From Moraxella nasicaprae (GTDB taxonomy: Bacteria; Pseudomonadota; Gammaproteobacteria; Pseudomonadales; Moraxellaceae): 32,000 nucleotides of DNA. A model generated the notes under the pieces. It was not told the origin of the DNA, ran no database searches, and worked only from the letters and a program-made list of their open reading frames with translations. Every line of letters begins with the position of its first letter. Positions within the stretch are counted from its first letter, which is position 1. Made by a program: the position numbers and the translations under genes. Below, in pieces: positions 17,873 through 26,200 of the stretch. The DNA lies in contig NZ_CP089977.1 in assembly GCF_025643275.1 (NCBI RefSeq), forward strand, positions 1,110,001 to 1,142,000, given 5' to 3'.

Positions 17873-17887
17873 TGGCTTGGATAAAGA

Positions 17888-18736
17888 TTAGAGTAAATCC
17901 CAGTTATCACGAGCAGGATAGACCACTTTGGGTGTGGTAGGTCTGTCATCTTCTGCTTGTAGTTTTTTACTGCGATGCACCAAAAAGTCCAGCAAATGAT
18001 TGCGAATGCGATAATAATCTTGGCTGTGGTGCAGCTCTTCTCGGCTTCTGGGGTGTTCGATGGTGTTCACCACGATTTCAGCCAGCACCGCTCTTGGACC
18101 ATTGCTCATCAAAAAAATACGGTCAGCCAGCAAAATGGCTTCATCAATGTCGTGGGTAATCATAAAGACGGTTTGTTGGGTTTTTTCGACGATATTGACC
18201 AGCTCATCTTGAATGATGCCACGAGTCAATGCGTCCAATGCCCCAAACGGCTCGTCCATCAGCAGCATCTTAGGTTCGGTGGCAAAAGCACGAGCGATAC
18301 CAACACGCTGTTTCATGCCGCCAGAAAGCTGTGAAGGCATCTTGTCCATCGCAGATTCTAGTCCGACCAAAGACAGATAATGGCGGATTTTTTCGTTTTT
18401 TTCTGCTGTGGGCAATTTGCCAAATCTGGCATCGATGGCAAAGCCAATATTGTCTTTGACCGACAGCCAAGGCAGTAGGGCGTGACTTTGAAATACCACA
18501 CCTCTATCAAGACTGGGACCTGTGATGGGTGTATTGTCCATCAACATTTGTCCTTGTGTGGGTGTGTCAAGTCCTGCCAGACAGTTTAAGATGGTCGATT
18601 TGCCACAGCCAGAATGACCGATGAGGCAAATAAATTCGTTCTTTTTGATGTCAAAATTGATGTTTTCAAAAACATTTTGACCGCCATGTTGAAAACTTTT
18701 GGCAAGATTTTGTACGCTAATTAGAGTTTCTGTCAT
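17888..18736 (-). CDS. ABC transporter ATP-binding protein, NitT/TauT family (NrtD/CmpD-like)
   Basis: The Walker A is GHSGCGKST, the signature is LSGGMKQRVGIARA, and the Walker B is LLMDEPFGALD. Confidence 0.85.
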   Translation of the reverse strand: MTETLISVQNLAKSFQHGGQNVFENINFDIKKNEFICLIGHSGCGKSTILNCLAGLDTPTQGQMLMDNTPITGPSLDRGVVFQSHALLPWLSVKDNIGFAIDARFGKLPTAEKNEKIRHYLSLVGLESAMDKMPSQLSGGMKQRVGIARAFATEPKMLLMDEPFGALDALTRGIIQDELVNIVEKTQQTVFMITHDIDEAILLADRIFLMSNGPRAVLAEIVVNTIEHPRSREELHHSQDYYRIRNHLLDFLVHRSKKLQAEDDRPTTPKVVYPARDNWDLL

Positions 18737-18745
18737 CGTGTATTC

Positions 18746-19630
18746 TCATTCAGTATAGCTGACTTTCTTTTGTAATTTGGCAAAAATTAAGTCCAAAATC
18801 ATGCCAACCACGCCAATCATCAGTACGGCAAAAATCACATTGCCCAAAGATAGATTATTCCATTGATTCCACACAAAATAGCCAATACCTGTACCGCCAA
18901 CAAGCATTTCAGCAGCCACAATCACCAGCCATGCAATGCCCATTGAGATACGCATGCCTGTAACGATGGTTGGTGCGGCGGCTGGCAGGACGATTTTGGT
19001 GGCTTTGGTCAGAGGTGGTACTTCTAGTGTTTTGGCGACATTGAGCCATTCACGGCGAACCGAAGATACGCCAAATGCTGTGTTGGTCAGCATGGGCCAA
19101 ATCGAGCAAATAAAAATCACAAAGACCGCTGATAGGTTGGCATCTTTGATGGTGTACAACGCAATCGGCATCCACGCAAGTGGCGAGATGGGTTTGAGTA
19201 GTTGTACAAACGGAGAAATGGCTTTATTGGCAATCGGCGATATACCTAATAAGTAACCTAAGGGAATGGCAACCAGCATCGCCAATAAAAAGCCCGCCAA
19301 CACTCGACTGATGGAATAGGCAAGCTGAATGCCGATGCCCTTATCATTGAGTCCTTTGTCATAAAATGGATCGGATAGATGGGCAAAGCTGGTTTTGGCA
19401 AAACTCAGCGGACTTGGAAAGTCGCTTTCTTGGCTGCTTAAAATCGCCCCAGCAGGCGTACCTTCGGGGATATTGCCCATCAGCACTTCGTATTCTAAGG
19501 CAATGGCATCGGTTGGTGCAGTGATTTTGGTTGGTTGTGTTGCCATGTGCCAGACGCCAATCACGCCAACGACAATCAATAGACTTAGCAGGTAAGCCTT
19601 CATTTGTCCAGAAAGTTTGTTCATCATCAT
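18746..19630 (-). CDS. ABC transporter permease, NitT/TauT family (NrtB-like)
   Basis: It is a multi-span hydrophobic protein of 294 aa with the binding-protein-dependent transport fold. It sits between the binding-protein and ATPase genes with 3-nt and 9-nt gaps. Confidence 0.8.
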   Translation of the reverse strand: MMMNKLSGQMKAYLLSLLIVVGVIGVWHMATQPTKITAPTDAIALEYEVLMGNIPEGTPAGAILSSQESDFPSPLSFAKTSFAHLSDPFYDKGLNDKGIGIQLAYSISRVLAGFLLAMLVAIPLGYLLGISPIANKAISPFVQLLKPISPLAWMPIALYTIKDANLSAVFVIFICSIWPMLTNTAFGVSSVRREWLNVAKTLEVPPLTKATKIVLPAAAPTIVTGMRISMGIAWLVIVAAEMLVGGTGIGYFVWNQWNNLSLGNVIFAVLMIGVVGMILDLIFAKLQKKVSYTE

Positions 19631-19633
19631 CTC

Positions 19634-21001
19634 TTAGCGTTTGATTTTAAAGCTGTTTAGGTAGTCGTCAGGGCGACTGGGGTCAAATCGCTTACCCATC
19701 ACGGTGATGGATTTTTCGTTGGCAAAAGTATAGCCCATATTCGCCATTTGTTTTTTGGCATCGGTAAGCATGAATACTTGATTGGCAAGCGTTTGATAAT
19801 TCACATTGCCTTTGAGGTAGCCCCAGCGTTTCATTTGAGTCATCATCCAAATCGCCAAAGAATGCCACGGCATCGCATCAAAACCTGTACGGTCTGGCAC
19901 ATCTTGTACCTTACCAATGCCATCAGCAAATCTACCCGTCAGACTTTGGCGAATCACCAGTTCTGGCTGGTTTAGGTAGTTGGCAGGTGATAGAATCTTT
20001 GAAAACTGTTTTTTCATTTCAGGATTATTTGCCATCACATTGGCTTTGAGAATGGCACGATACATTGCCAAAAAGCTGTTCGGATTTTGGCGAATAAACG
20101 CAGCAGAAGTCCCAAATGAACAACAAGGGTGTCCATTCCAGATGTCACGACTTAGTGTGTGAATGTAGCCTGCTTTATCCCAAACGGCTCGTTGATTGAA
20201 TGGTTCAGGGCCAAAAAATCCATCAATATTGCCTGCTCGTAAGTTGGCAATCATGTCAGGCGGCGTGGTTAGGCGAAGTTTGACATCTTTATCAGGGTCA
20301 AGTCCATGCTCTGCCAAAAAATAACGCAACAAATAGTTGTGCATCGAATGCTCAAAGGGAATGGCAAAAGTCATGCCACGCCAGTTGGCAGGGTTGCGAT
20401 TGTCTTTGTGTTTTAATGCCATCACCAATGCTTGTCCGTTGATGTTTTGGATACAGGCAACTTGGGTATCTTGTTTGGCAGAACCTAGACCCAAAGTCAT
20501 CGCCAAAGGCATGGGTGCCAAAAAGTGCGATGCGTCCAGTTGGCGACTCATCACTTGGTCTCTGACCAATGCCCAGCCTGCTCGCTTGACCAATTTGGCA
20601 TTGATGCCTTGTTCGGCATAGTAGCCCAGTGGGTCTGCCATGATGAGTGGGGTGGAGCAGATGATGGGAATAAAACCAATGGTTAAGTCTTTTTTCTCAG
20701 GGGCAAGTTTGTCCATCGCTGCCGCTTCTTGTAGCAAGCCAAGCGGTAAGATACTCCCAATCGCTGCCATGGCAGTGCTTTTGCCAACGCTTGCCAAAAA
20801 AGCTCTTCGAGTTGGCTCGTGTGGAAATAATGCCTTGATGGCGGCAGCTTCGACAAAATCGGTCGAGGCTTGCTCGATTTGGCTGGCATCGCCAAAGCGT
20901 GTGTCTGGTGTTGCCATATCGCAAGCCTGTTGGCTATGATGGCGACCACAGCGACAGCCTAAACTGCTGTCTGTATCAAAGGGGCGAAAAATGTTAGTCA
21001 T
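19634..21001 (-). CDS. periplasmic substrate-binding protein, NrtA/CmpA-like, with a Tat-type motif after a long N-terminal extension
   Basis: Its 455 aa size and pattern fit NrtA/CmpA-type binding proteins. PTRRAFLAS matches the twin-arginine consensus but sits about 63 residues from Met1. The N-terminal region carries C16, C18, H21-H22 and C27. An alternative start is M29 (20917). Confidence 0.7.
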   Translation of the reverse strand: MTNIFRPFDTDSSLGCRCGRHHSQQACDMATPDTRFGDASQIEQASTDFVEAAAIKALFPHEPTRRAFLASVGKSTAMAAIGSILPLGLLQEAAAMDKLAPEKKDLTIGFIPIICSTPLIMADPLGYYAEQGINAKLVKRAGWALVRDQVMSRQLDASHFLAPMPLAMTLGLGSAKQDTQVACIQNINGQALVMALKHKDNRNPANWRGMTFAIPFEHSMHNYLLRYFLAEHGLDPDKDVKLRLTTPPDMIANLRAGNIDGFFGPEPFNQRAVWDKAGYIHTLSRDIWNGHPCCSFGTSAAFIRQNPNSFLAMYRAILKANVMANNPEMKKQFSKILSPANYLNQPELVIRQSLTGRFADGIGKVQDVPDRTGFDAMPWHSLAIWMMTQMKRWGYLKGNVNYQTLANQVFMLTDAKKQMANMGYTFANEKSITVMGKRFDPSRPDDYLNSFKIKR

Positions 21002-21039
21002 ATCAATTTCTTATCAAAAATCAGGGTGAATCTATCCTA

Positions 21040-21093
21040 AAAAATCCAAAAAAGCCAATCTGCAACGAACTTGGTGCGTCATACAGATTGGCT
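21040..21093 (-). terminator. Intrinsic terminator between the reductase gene and the ABC operon
   Basis: The perfect 10-bp stem is AGCCAATCTG (21053-21062) and CAGATTGGCT (21084-21093) with a 21-nt loop. The minus strand then reads TTTTTGGATTTTTT. Confidence 0.6.
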
Positions 21094-21154
21094 GGCAAGG
21101 TCATCGCTCAGATGTGGACTGATGAAGTCGAATCACGATGTATTGCTGGCAATA

Positions 21155-22507
21155 TTAACCGATGGGTTTTTTGAGCAGGGCTTTGGCAAGCAACTGCCCA
21201 TCTTGATGTAATTCTAGCGACAGCTCATGCTCTGTTTGTGTGATGATTTGCCAGTCGCCATCAGCAGTTGGATACCCATTAGCAGTCACCGAAATGGATT
21301 TGTTTTTTAGGCGAATCATCGGTGGTTTATGCTCATAATTGCCCACGCCTTGCAAAATATGGTTGGCGATGGCAGTTGCTTGCGGACGATGAGGGGCAAC
21401 ATAACGACATGGCATGCCATCAATGCTGATACAGTCGCCTAAGGCATAGATGTGCGGCACATTGGTTTGTAGGGTGGTGGTATCAACCTTGATGCCTGTG
21501 CGTTTATCAAAATCTAGTCCTGCACGAACAGGCAATCTGTCATCGACCATCAGTCCTGTGCTGACCACAATCTCATCAAATTGATGTTGAGTGGTTTGGT
21601 TGCTGGTGCAATCAAGCAGTTCAAGCACATAGCCAGCATCATTTTTTTGGACACTTTGCACCATGCTTTGCCCCAAAAATACGACACCCAAGCCAGTAAT
21701 AGCATCAAGAATTTGCTCAGTGGCAATTTTGGGCAATAGGGCATTTAGCGGTCTTGGGTGAACATCGATGAGACTGACCTGATGTCCTGCCATCGTCAAA
21801 TCTTCGGCAAGCTCTGTACCAATCATGCCAGCACCAATGATGGCAATGTGTTTTTTGTTGCCAGACAGCCGAGCTTGCAAGCCAGCAAATTTATCCAAAT
21901 GATTGACATGCCAAGCCATGCTTGGGTCAATGGTTGGTGGATAGGCGGGTTTTGCACCGATTGCCAGCACCAAATCATCATAAGCAATGTTGCCCAAGGT
22001 GGTGTGCAGTCGTTTGGCATCGGTGTCGATGTTGGTGACAAAAGTATTGGCAAGCAAGCGTACATTGGCGGTGATGGCAGCTTCTGCTCCACGACTACGC
22101 ACCAAATCGCTTGGCGTTTTGTGCTGACTGATGGCAACAGACAGCATGGGTTTGTGATAGCGGTCAGCATCATCAGCACTGATGAGTGTGACGGGAATGT
22201 CTTTATCCACAGCACGAATGGCATCAACCATCGCCCAGCCAGCCAGACCTGCACCAACGATGACTACACCAGCTTGCTGACTGTCAAACTCAACAATCGC
22301 TACCGTCTCATCATCGGTCTGCTCATAAGGTTCAAAGTCGGTTTTTCTGACACCGCATAGTGGGCATTGCCAGTCATCTGGAATGTCCTCAAAGCGAGTG
22401 CCAGCAGGCAAACCGCCATCAACATCGCCCAACTCTTCATCATAAATAAAGCCACAAGCAATGCAGATGAACTTTCGCCATGCACCACGACCATCGGTTG
22501 GCATCAT
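21155..22507 (-). CDS. rubredoxin domain fused to an FAD-dependent NAD(P)H reductase (NorW/RubB-like)
   Basis: The N-terminal rubredoxin has two CxxCG knuckles: [10 protein letters not shown] and WQCPLCG. These are followed by FAD-binding [11 protein letters not shown], the segment [11 protein letters not shown], and NAD-binding [12 protein letters not shown]. Confidence 0.8.
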   Translation of the reverse strand: MMPTDGRGAWRKFICIACGFIYDEELGDVDGGLPAGTRFEDIPDDWQCPLCGVRKTDFEPYEQTDDETVAIVEFDSQQAGVVIVGAGLAGWAMVDAIRAVDKDIPVTLISADDADRYHKPMLSVAISQHKTPSDLVRSRGAEAAITANVRLLANTFVTNIDTDAKRLHTTLGNIAYDDLVLAIGAKPAYPPTIDPSMAWHVNHLDKFAGLQARLSGNKKHIAIIGAGMIGTELAEDLTMAGHQVSLIDVHPRPLNALLPKIATEQILDAITGLGVVFLGQSMVQSVQKNDAGYVLELLDCTSNQTTQHQFDEIVVSTGLMVDDRLPVRAGLDFDKRTGIKVDTTTLQTNVPHIYALGDCISIDGMPCRYVAPHRPQATAIANHILQGVGNYEHKPPMIRLKNKSISVTANGYPTADGDWQIITQTEHELSLELHQDGQLLAKALLKKPIG

Positions 22508-22530
22508 TTTGTCTTATCCTTTAAAAAATC

Positions 22531-23637
22531 TTAAATAACTTTTGGTTCGCTCATCAGTTGATGCGACAAATAGCGTAGATGTTTAATCGCTGGGGTAACA
22601 ATGGCGACAAATTGAGCTTCCCTGAGGCGACGCTGTGGGGCTGATGTCATCAGATAGCCTTTGGCACCTTGATGTAGCATGGCTGCTTGGGTCGCTTGCA
22701 GGCACAGCATTGCTCCTTGGGCACGAGCATCTAGCACATCAAGAAAGAAGTCCTTGTGCGTCTCAAAAGGTGTTTTGGCAAGTGTTAAGGTGGTCTTGAC
22801 CAGCTTGTCCAGTTCGTGTTGCAGTGTGCCTGCTTGGTCTTCTAGGTAGGCATTGCTGACCGCTACGCCTTGCTTGATGTCGTCAATCGCCCCTGCGATG
22901 ATGCCTGCACCGATGCCAAGCTGCATCAAGACGAATGCACCACGAATTTTTTTGATGAATGCTTGGCAAGGATTGGCGATGATGTCCTGTTCACGCACAG
23001 GATAGTTGTTCAATTCAATTCGCCAAGTGCTAGAACCCTCCATGCCTGCAAAGGTTGGGCAGGCGTGTAGTTGCCAAGCACCTTGTCTTTCGTCATCAAA
23101 TTGCAACAAGAAAAACACCTGCTCGCCTGTTTCTTCGATGAGTGCCACCGCACCGCAGTATTGATGTGGGGCAATGTGGCTAATCCAAGGCAAAGTGCCT
23201 GACACCACATAGCCATTGCCATCTTTTTTTGCTTTTAAAATCATCGTTTCGATGTTTGCCCAAGTTTTCATTGGGTTGGATAAGGCCGTGCCGCCAAAGC
23301 TGTCTGCCCATTGGTGCTTACTTAGAAATTTATCTTTTAGGTATTCGTTGTCTGATTGGTCAATGTACAATCCGCACACTTGATGACACCAAGACAAAAA
23401 GCCAGTCGTGCCACAGACCTCGGCGATTTTGGCGGTGGATAAAATCGCTGTTCCAAAATCGCCCCCGTTGGCATTTAGATGTGCCGAAAAAGCCCCAGCC
23501 TTACCCAAGGCTGACATTTCTGCCAATGGGTAGTAGCCCCTATCAATTTCCAATACTTTTGGAGCAAGGTGGGTTTTGGCAAGCGTGGCAACATTGTCTA
23601 GTAATTGATTGGTATCTTGAAAGTTGATGTTCATCAT
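22531..23637 (-). CDS. acyl-CoA dehydrogenase-fold flavoprotein of unknown function
   Basis: At 368 aa it has the three-part ACAD-like layout. A central LPWISH segment occupies the place of the KxWITN motif. The C-terminal segment REAQFVAIVTPAIKHL sits where MCAD-type enzymes have RDA-x5-YEGT. The family call is by eye only. Confidence 0.6.
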   Translation of the reverse strand: MMNINFQDTNQLLDNVATLAKTHLAPKVLEIDRGYYPLAEMSALGKAGAFSAHLNANGGDFGTAILSTAKIAEVCGTTGFLSWCHQVCGLYIDQSDNEYLKDKFLSKHQWADSFGGTALSNPMKTWANIETMILKAKKDGNGYVVSGTLPWISHIAPHQYCGAVALIEETGEQVFFLLQFDDERQGAWQLHACPTFAGMEGSSTWRIELNNYPVREQDIIANPCQAFIKKIRGAFVLMQLGIGAGIIAGAIDDIKQGVAVSNAYLEDQAGTLQHELDKLVKTTLTLAKTPFETHKDFFLDVLDARAQGAMLCLQATQAAMLHQGAKGYLMTSAPQRRLREAQFVAIVTPAIKHLRYLSHQLMSEPKVI

Positions 23638-23812
23638 AATTTAACGATTATTAAGCAAAAATTTCGAAGTATTATAGAAAAAAATCATATGAATAGATAA
23701 GTTATTTTGGCATATTTTTAGTTCATTTTAGAATAAGAAATGACCAGCATGGCAAAAACCAAGCATCATTTGCCAAAATTTAGGTCAAATCTGCACAATT
23801 GTCGGTGGTTTG

Positions 23813-23842
23813 CCCTAGAAAATATCCAGCTTATCCCCATAA
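23813..23842 (+). promoter_or_regulatory. Sigma-32 (RpoH)-type heat-shock promoter upstream of hslO
   Basis: CCCTAGAA (23813-23820) compares with the consensus CCCTTGAA. A 14-nt spacer follows. CCCCATAA (23835-23842) compares with CCCCATnT. It lies about 35 nt upstream of the hslO ATG. Confidence 0.5.
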
Positions 23843-23876
23843 ATGACCCAAATTTATTGATTTTGGAATTAAGTTT

Positions 23877-24773
23877 ATGAGCCAAGTTTATCCAGCCAAT
23901 TATCGCCAGCGTTTTTTTATTGATGGTTCTGTCGTGCGTGGCGATGTCGTGCGTCTGACCGATGCCTATCAAACCGTCATCGCCCAAAAAGATTATCCTG
24001 TCGCCATCAAGGCTTTATTGGGCGAGATGTTGGTATCGGCAAGTTTGCTGATTGGTACGCTAAAAATCGATGGCAGACTATCCATTCAACTACAAACTTC
24101 GGACGAAAACGCTCGACTGAGCTGGGCGATGGCAGAATGCGACCACACAGGGGCGGTGCGTGCGTTGGCAGGGTTTGCCCAAGATGATGAGGCTGACGCA
24201 GTTTGGCAAACACTCACCACCAGTGACGATGCCTTTGCTCAGATGGGAGCTGGTGTATTATTCATCAGTATTCACCCTGCCAAAGGCGAGGCATATCAGG
24301 GTATTGTGGAGCGTGTGAGCACCAATTTGGGCGAATGTTTGGCACATTATCAAAAGCAATCTGCCCAAATCCCAACCATCATCAAACTTGCCAGCGATGA
24401 CAGCACGGCAGGCGGTATGTTGGTACAGCTATTGCCACAGACGCAGGCAGATAGAGACAATGACCCTGATTTGTGGGACAGATTGAGTGTTTTGACCAGC
24501 ACCATTAAGGCGGACGAATTGACAGGGCTTGATGCCAACGAAATCTTGTATCGCCTATATCACGAAGAGGAAGTGGTATTGCCAGAGCCTACACCGTTGC
24601 AGTTTGCTTGCACTTGCTCGCAGCAAAAAAGTGAAGGAGCAATCATTCAACTTGGGCTTGACGATGCTAAGCAGGCGGTGGCGGCTCATGGTGGCAAGCT
24701 GGTGCTTGACTGTGGATTTTGTGGCACAGAATATCAGTTTGACGAAAAAGCAGTTGAAGCATTATTTGCCTAG
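23877..24773 (+). CDS. hslO: redox-regulated chaperone Hsp33
   Basis: The C-terminal zinc centre is CTCS ... CGFCG, followed by TEYQF. Length and overall pattern are typical of Hsp33. Confidence 0.9.
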   Translation: MSQVYPANYRQRFFIDGSVVRGDVVRLTDAYQTVIAQKDYPVAIKALLGEMLVSASLLIGTLKIDGRLSIQLQTSDENARLSWAMAECDHTGAVRALAGFAQDDEADAVWQTLTTSDDAFAQMGAGVLFISIHPAKGEAYQGIVERVSTNLGECLAHYQKQSAQIPTIIKLASDDSTAGGMLVQLLPQTQADRDNDPDLWDRLSVLTSTIKADELTGLDANEILYRLYHEEEVVLPEPTPLQFACTCSQQKSEGAIIQLGLDDAKQAVAAHGGKLVLDCGFCGTEYQFDEKAVEALFA

Positions 24774-24806
24774 GCGGTCTTGATGATTTGTTCCATGTGG
24801 AACATC

Positions 24807-24838
24807 AAGCCACGCATCGATTGATGGGTGGCTTTTTT
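24807..24838 (+). terminator. Intrinsic terminator after hslO
   Basis: The stem is AAGCCAC (24807-24813) and GTGGCTT (24828-24834), followed by a T-run to 24838. Confidence 0.6.
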
Positions 24839-25110
24839 GGCTCTGATGATTTTTATCAGCCAAGCTGATGGCATATCATCAAGTGCTTTAATGATGTATT
24901 TTGGCATACATGGCTTTGTTTGGTTGTGATGAGAATTTGCCATCATCAAAGACAGTGATATTTTTTAGATGGCGAAGTTTGACGAGATTGGTCATATCGC
25001 ATTATTTTTTATTTTAACAAAAAAATCGTTTTTTTTGGATTGGGGGTAAAATGGCTGCATGATGGGGACTTTCCATCATCACACGAATATTGTTCATGTA
25101 CGAGGAGATT

Positions 25111-25452
25111 ATGATGAAAAAATTCATCTTAGCGGCCGTGTTGTCGGCTGTGGGTTCATCGGCATTTGGCTTTTGTAGTTATAGCACTTACATCAGCCCA
25201 GATGATAAATATAACAGCAATGGTCAATACTTAGCAGGTGCGGTTACCAAAAGTGCAGCGGCAGCAATTTTACGCCAAAACAGAGCTTGGGCAGGTTCTA
25301 ATGAATGTGGTCTGGGTAGTAAGTCAGCTCGTGCCAGCTTTGAGGCAAAGGTACGCAGAGGTAATATCTCGCCAAGCACCATTCGTGCCATCGTGCGAGG
25401 CAACCCTTGGGTAACTGTTGAAATTCATGGTAACTCGGTTACTGTTTATTGA
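25111..25452 (+). CDS. small secreted protein of unknown function
   Basis: The signal peptide reads MMKKFILAAVLSAVGSSAFG. The mature part is about 93 aa with two Cys. GAGGAG at 25102-25107 precedes tandem ATGs at 25111 and 25114. A strong terminator lies immediately downstream. I recognise no family. Confidence 0.6.
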   Translation: MMKKFILAAVLSAVGSSAFGFCSYSTYISPDDKYNSNGQYLAGAVTKSAAAAILRQNRAWAGSNECGLGSKSARASFEAKVRRGNISPSTIRAIVRGNPWVTVEIHGNSVTVY

Positions 25453-25453
25453 T

Positions 25454-25484
25454 AAAAAAATCGCACCACATGGTGCGATTTTTA
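25454..25484. terminator. Bidirectional intrinsic terminator
   Basis: An A7 run precedes stem TCGCACC and GGTGCGA around a 4-nt loop (25461-25478), and a T-run follows. It serves the small secreted protein gene (+) and the end of the amino acid ABC operon (-). Confidence 0.75.
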
Positions 25485-25489
25485 TTAGA

Positions 25490-26200
25490 TTAGGCAGTTG
25501 TGGGTGGAACATAGCGTTTGTGCTTATTGATATAGCGTTCAAATTGGCGAAAGCCAAATAAGAATATCCAACTAATCAATAGATAAATGATACCAGCAGC
25601 AAAGTAGATTTCTAAGGTCAAATAAGTCACCGAAATGATGTTTTTGGCTTGGTGGGTCAGTTCAACCAAAGTGATGGTTGATGCCAACGCACTGCCTTTG
25701 AGCATAAAAATCACTTCGTTACTGTACGCAGGAATCATGATACCAAAAGCACGAGGTAGGGTAATACGACGCATTTTTTGGAATGCTGACATACCGATGG
25801 CATCAGCCGCTTCCAATTCGCCTTTTGGCACAGCCTGAATTGCACCACGCACAATCTCAGCGATGTAGGCACTGGTGTTGAGTGTAAAGGCGATGATGGC
25901 ACACCAATAGGCTTGGCTTAATACGGGCTGCCATAGCCAAGATTCTTGTACACTTTTGAATTGACCTAAGCCTGCATAAATCAAAAAAATCTGTACCAGT
26001 AGTGGCGTGCCACGAAAAAAATAGATGTAGGCGGCTGGGAAAATTCGCACCCATGCCACAGATGACAATCGCCATAAGCCAAGCAAAACGCCAAACACCA
26101 AGCCCAACGCACATGACAATACAACCAGCTCGATGGTGGTGACGGACGCTTTTAATAGTGCTGGAAAATGTTCAATAATTGCTTGCCAGTTCCAGTTCAT
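25490..26200 (-). CDS. polar amino acid ABC transporter permease (HisM/ArtM-like)
   Basis: It is a multi-span protein of 236 aa with the His/Glu/Gln/Arg-type permease pattern. Its ATG overlaps the upstream stop codon (ATGA at 26197-26200). Confidence 0.85.
   Translation of the reverse strand: MNWNWQAIIEHFPALLKASVTTIELVVLSCALGLVFGVLLGLWRLSSVAWVRIFPAAYIYFFRGTPLLVQIFLIYAGLGQFKSVQESWLWQPVLSQAYWCAIIAFTLNTSAYIAEIVRGAIQAVPKGELEAADAIGMSAFQKMRRITLPRAFGIMIPAYSNEVIFMLKGSALASTITLVELTHQAKNIISVTYLTLEIYFAAGIIYLLISWIFLFGFRQFERYINKHKRYVPPTTA

Noticed and set aside
17888-21001. Reading the ABC system as the nasFED nitrate importer of a nitrate assimilation cluster, with the FAD reductase as a NasC-like electron-transfer subunit.
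   Set aside because: No molybdopterin nitrate reductase, nitrite reductase or NasR/NasST regulator is present in the window, and the flanks are glmS and hslO. Nitrate remains one possible substrate, but the cluster as seen is not a nitrate assimilation operon.
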